Positions 61,985-64,000 of a stretch of 64,000 nt of DNA are shown piece by piece. A program made the position numbers and the translations under genes. The DNA lies in the NCBI GenBank assembly GCA_951406725.2, contig OX597814.1, forward strand, positions 176,948,001 to 177,012,000, in the 5' to 3' direction. How positions within the stretch are numbered: position 1 is the first letter of the stretch; every line of letters begins with the position of its first letter. The stretch comes from Octopus vulgaris. Its lineage: Eukaryota. The notes beneath the pieces are model-generated. The model saw only the letters and a program-made list of their open reading frames with translations. It searched no databases and had not been told where the DNA came from.

Positions 61985-62670
61985 GGATTGGCAGAATAGT
62001 GCATTGGATAAAATGCTTTGCAGTCCTTTTTTCAACTCTCTATGCTCTGAGTTCAAATACCACTGAGGTTGACTTTACTTTTCAACATTTCAGGGTTGAT
62101 AAAATAAAGAACCAGTCAAATACTGGGGTCAGCATAATAGACTTGCTGTTCTCCCTCAAAATTGCTGGCCTTGTGACAAAATTAGCAAGAATTGTTAGTA
62201 TCATTATTTTGTTGTTATTATTTCATAACTTTATAAGGTGGTGAGCTGGCAGAGTTGTTAGCACACTGGATGGAATGCTTAGCAGTATTTCACCTGTCAC
62301 TATGTTCTGAGTTCAAATTCCACCGAGGTCGACCTTGTCTTTTATTCTTTTGGGATCGATAAATTAAGTACCAGTGAAACACTGGGGTCGATGTAATTGA
62401 CTAGTCCCCTCCCCACCAAATTTCAGGCCTTGTGCCTTTATTAGAAAGGATTATTTCTCACCTTTATAAAGTGGTGAGCTGGCAGAACCATTAGCATGCC
62501 AGGTAAAATGATTAGTGACATTTTGTCTGTCTTTAGACAGGTCTGCTTTGCCTTTCATCATTTCAGGTTCAATGAAATCAGTACCAGTTCAGCACTGGGG
62601 TTGATGTAATCAACCAGTCTCATCCTCCAAAAGTTCAGGCCTTGCGCCTATAAGAAAAAGAATTATTTCA
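61985..62670 (+). mobile_element. Three head-to-tail Deu/Nin-like SINE copies
   Basis: Repeated (gagc)tggcaga...ctggggt...ggccttg modules at ~61985, ~62236 and ~62470. Confidence 0.75.
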
Positions 62671-62777
62671 CACCTTTATTACCGCTGTTAGAGCAGGAGG
62701 TAAGGTACCAGTAATCCAAACTGTTGCATTGATATTAGCTCCTAGTTGAAACTAGTTCACTTCACTCACCTCCTTAT

Positions 62778-63103
62778 GAGAGCTCAAAATATCCCGTGGA
62801 AGCGTCATCCAACCAAAGTACAAATATATGGGAAATTACCACCTATATCATCTTTTGTGAAAAGTAGAAGAGTCCAGTTTGCTGGACATTGTTGTTGAGC
62901 TGAAAACGATGTAATTTCTACTCTTCTCCTCTGGAAGCCATCTGCTCGCAATACCAGAGGGCGCACACTCTCCTACCCTGATGTAATCTCCAGGGATACA
63001 GGCATCTAGCAACAGGACCTCTGTAATGCTATGATGGACCGTGAAGTCTGGCGTAACATAGTAAATTCCATTGTCTCGACCACGGTCGAACAATGATGAT
63101 GAT
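62778..63103 (+). mobile_element. 3' end of a second RTE-like LINE family
   Basis: Peptide relic FAGHCC*...LLLWKPS...RGRTLSYPD...MMDREVWR followed immediately by a (GAT)n tail. Confidence 0.7.
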
Positions 63104-63252
63104 CACTTCACTTAAGCAGCTGTTCAGAATTGAGGAAGAAAAAAAATCTATGAATGTCATCCAGTCGTTCCTTCTTAATAGATCAGTAGCCTTGGGCTTA
63201 AGTAAGAAATTATTATTATTATTTGAGTAGTATTAGTATGATAAATACATTA

Positions 63253-63635
63253 GGCGCAGCAGTGGCTGTGTGGTTCCGGGTTCAGTCCCACTGCATGGCA
63301 CCTTGGGCAAGTGTCTTCTACTATAGCCTCGGGCCGACCAAAGCCTTGTGAGTGGATTTGGTAGACGGAAACTGAAAGAAGCCCGTCGTATATATGTATA
63401 TATATATATATGCGTGTGTGTGTTTGTGTGTCTGTGTTTGTCCCCCTAGCATTGCTTGACAACCAATGCTGGTGTGTTTATGTCCCCGTTACTTAGCGGT
63501 TCGGCAAAAGAGATCGATAGAATAAGTACTGGGCTTACAAAAGAATAAGTCCTGGGGTCGAGTTGCTCGACTAAATGCGGTGCTCCAGCATGGCCGCAGT
63601 CAAATGACTGAAACTAGTAAAAGAGTAAAGAGAGT
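63253..63635 (+). mobile_element. CORE-like tRNA SINE copy with a deletion in the head
   Basis: Family core and tail. Confidence 0.85.
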
Positions 63636-64000
63636 AGTGAGATTTTATAAGCTTTTGTTTTTCTTTTTATGGACTGAACATACAAAATAATTTTGATCCA
63701 TTAGCTAGAACTGTTTCATAATAACATAAGTTGAATGTGAGTAAGCCTAGGAAGAGGCTGGGTACCACAAGGCATTAACTAATGCATTATAAAAGAGATA
63801 ACTGTGTTGATGCAGACATTTAACCCTTTTGAAACCAATCCACTTAGGACAGCCATTAGTTGTAGGGTTTTAAAGTGATCTGAATTCAAACCTCCCATTA
63901 AAATTTCATGTAAATTTTTTTCCATAAATATCAGTTTAAGAATGACAGTTATTATTTTACTAAAGCTTCCATTCTTTTCAAAATTAACTGAAACAAAGGT

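Overview
AT-rich, repeat-dense eukaryotic genomic DNA. The SINE and LINE families look like those of Octopus, which is an inference from repeat recognition. The window lies inside one + strand gene, the site-1 protease MBTPS1 (S1P/SKI-1). Five short coding exons (2067-2147, 3101-3144, 7080-7157, 13766-13909, 44464-44586) splice in frame with GT-AG boundaries and are not annotated in the ORF track. They give [16 protein letters not shown]...YYASGTSITKFPPDG...[25 protein letters not shown]...LPERME, with a ~30.5 kb intron before the last exon. The introns contain a decayed RTE LINE and many solo copies of its 3' UTR, three tRNA-derived SINE families, a DD37D mariner relic, a non-autonomous Helitron, TA- and TTAA-type MITEs, a decayed Penelope-like RT/GIY-YIG element and long microsatellites. 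The most interesting signal is a set of mostly fold-back elements inserted in (TA)n tracts. They carry four different type I hammerhead-ribozyme folds (one intact core plus U4C, G12A, U3-A8 and A6U core variants), four copies of which lie on the MBTPS1 sense strand. There is also a candidate in-frame alternative last exon for MBTPS1. Nearly all listed ORFs are repeat or microsatellite artefacts. Repeat boundaries were read by eye and are approximate.
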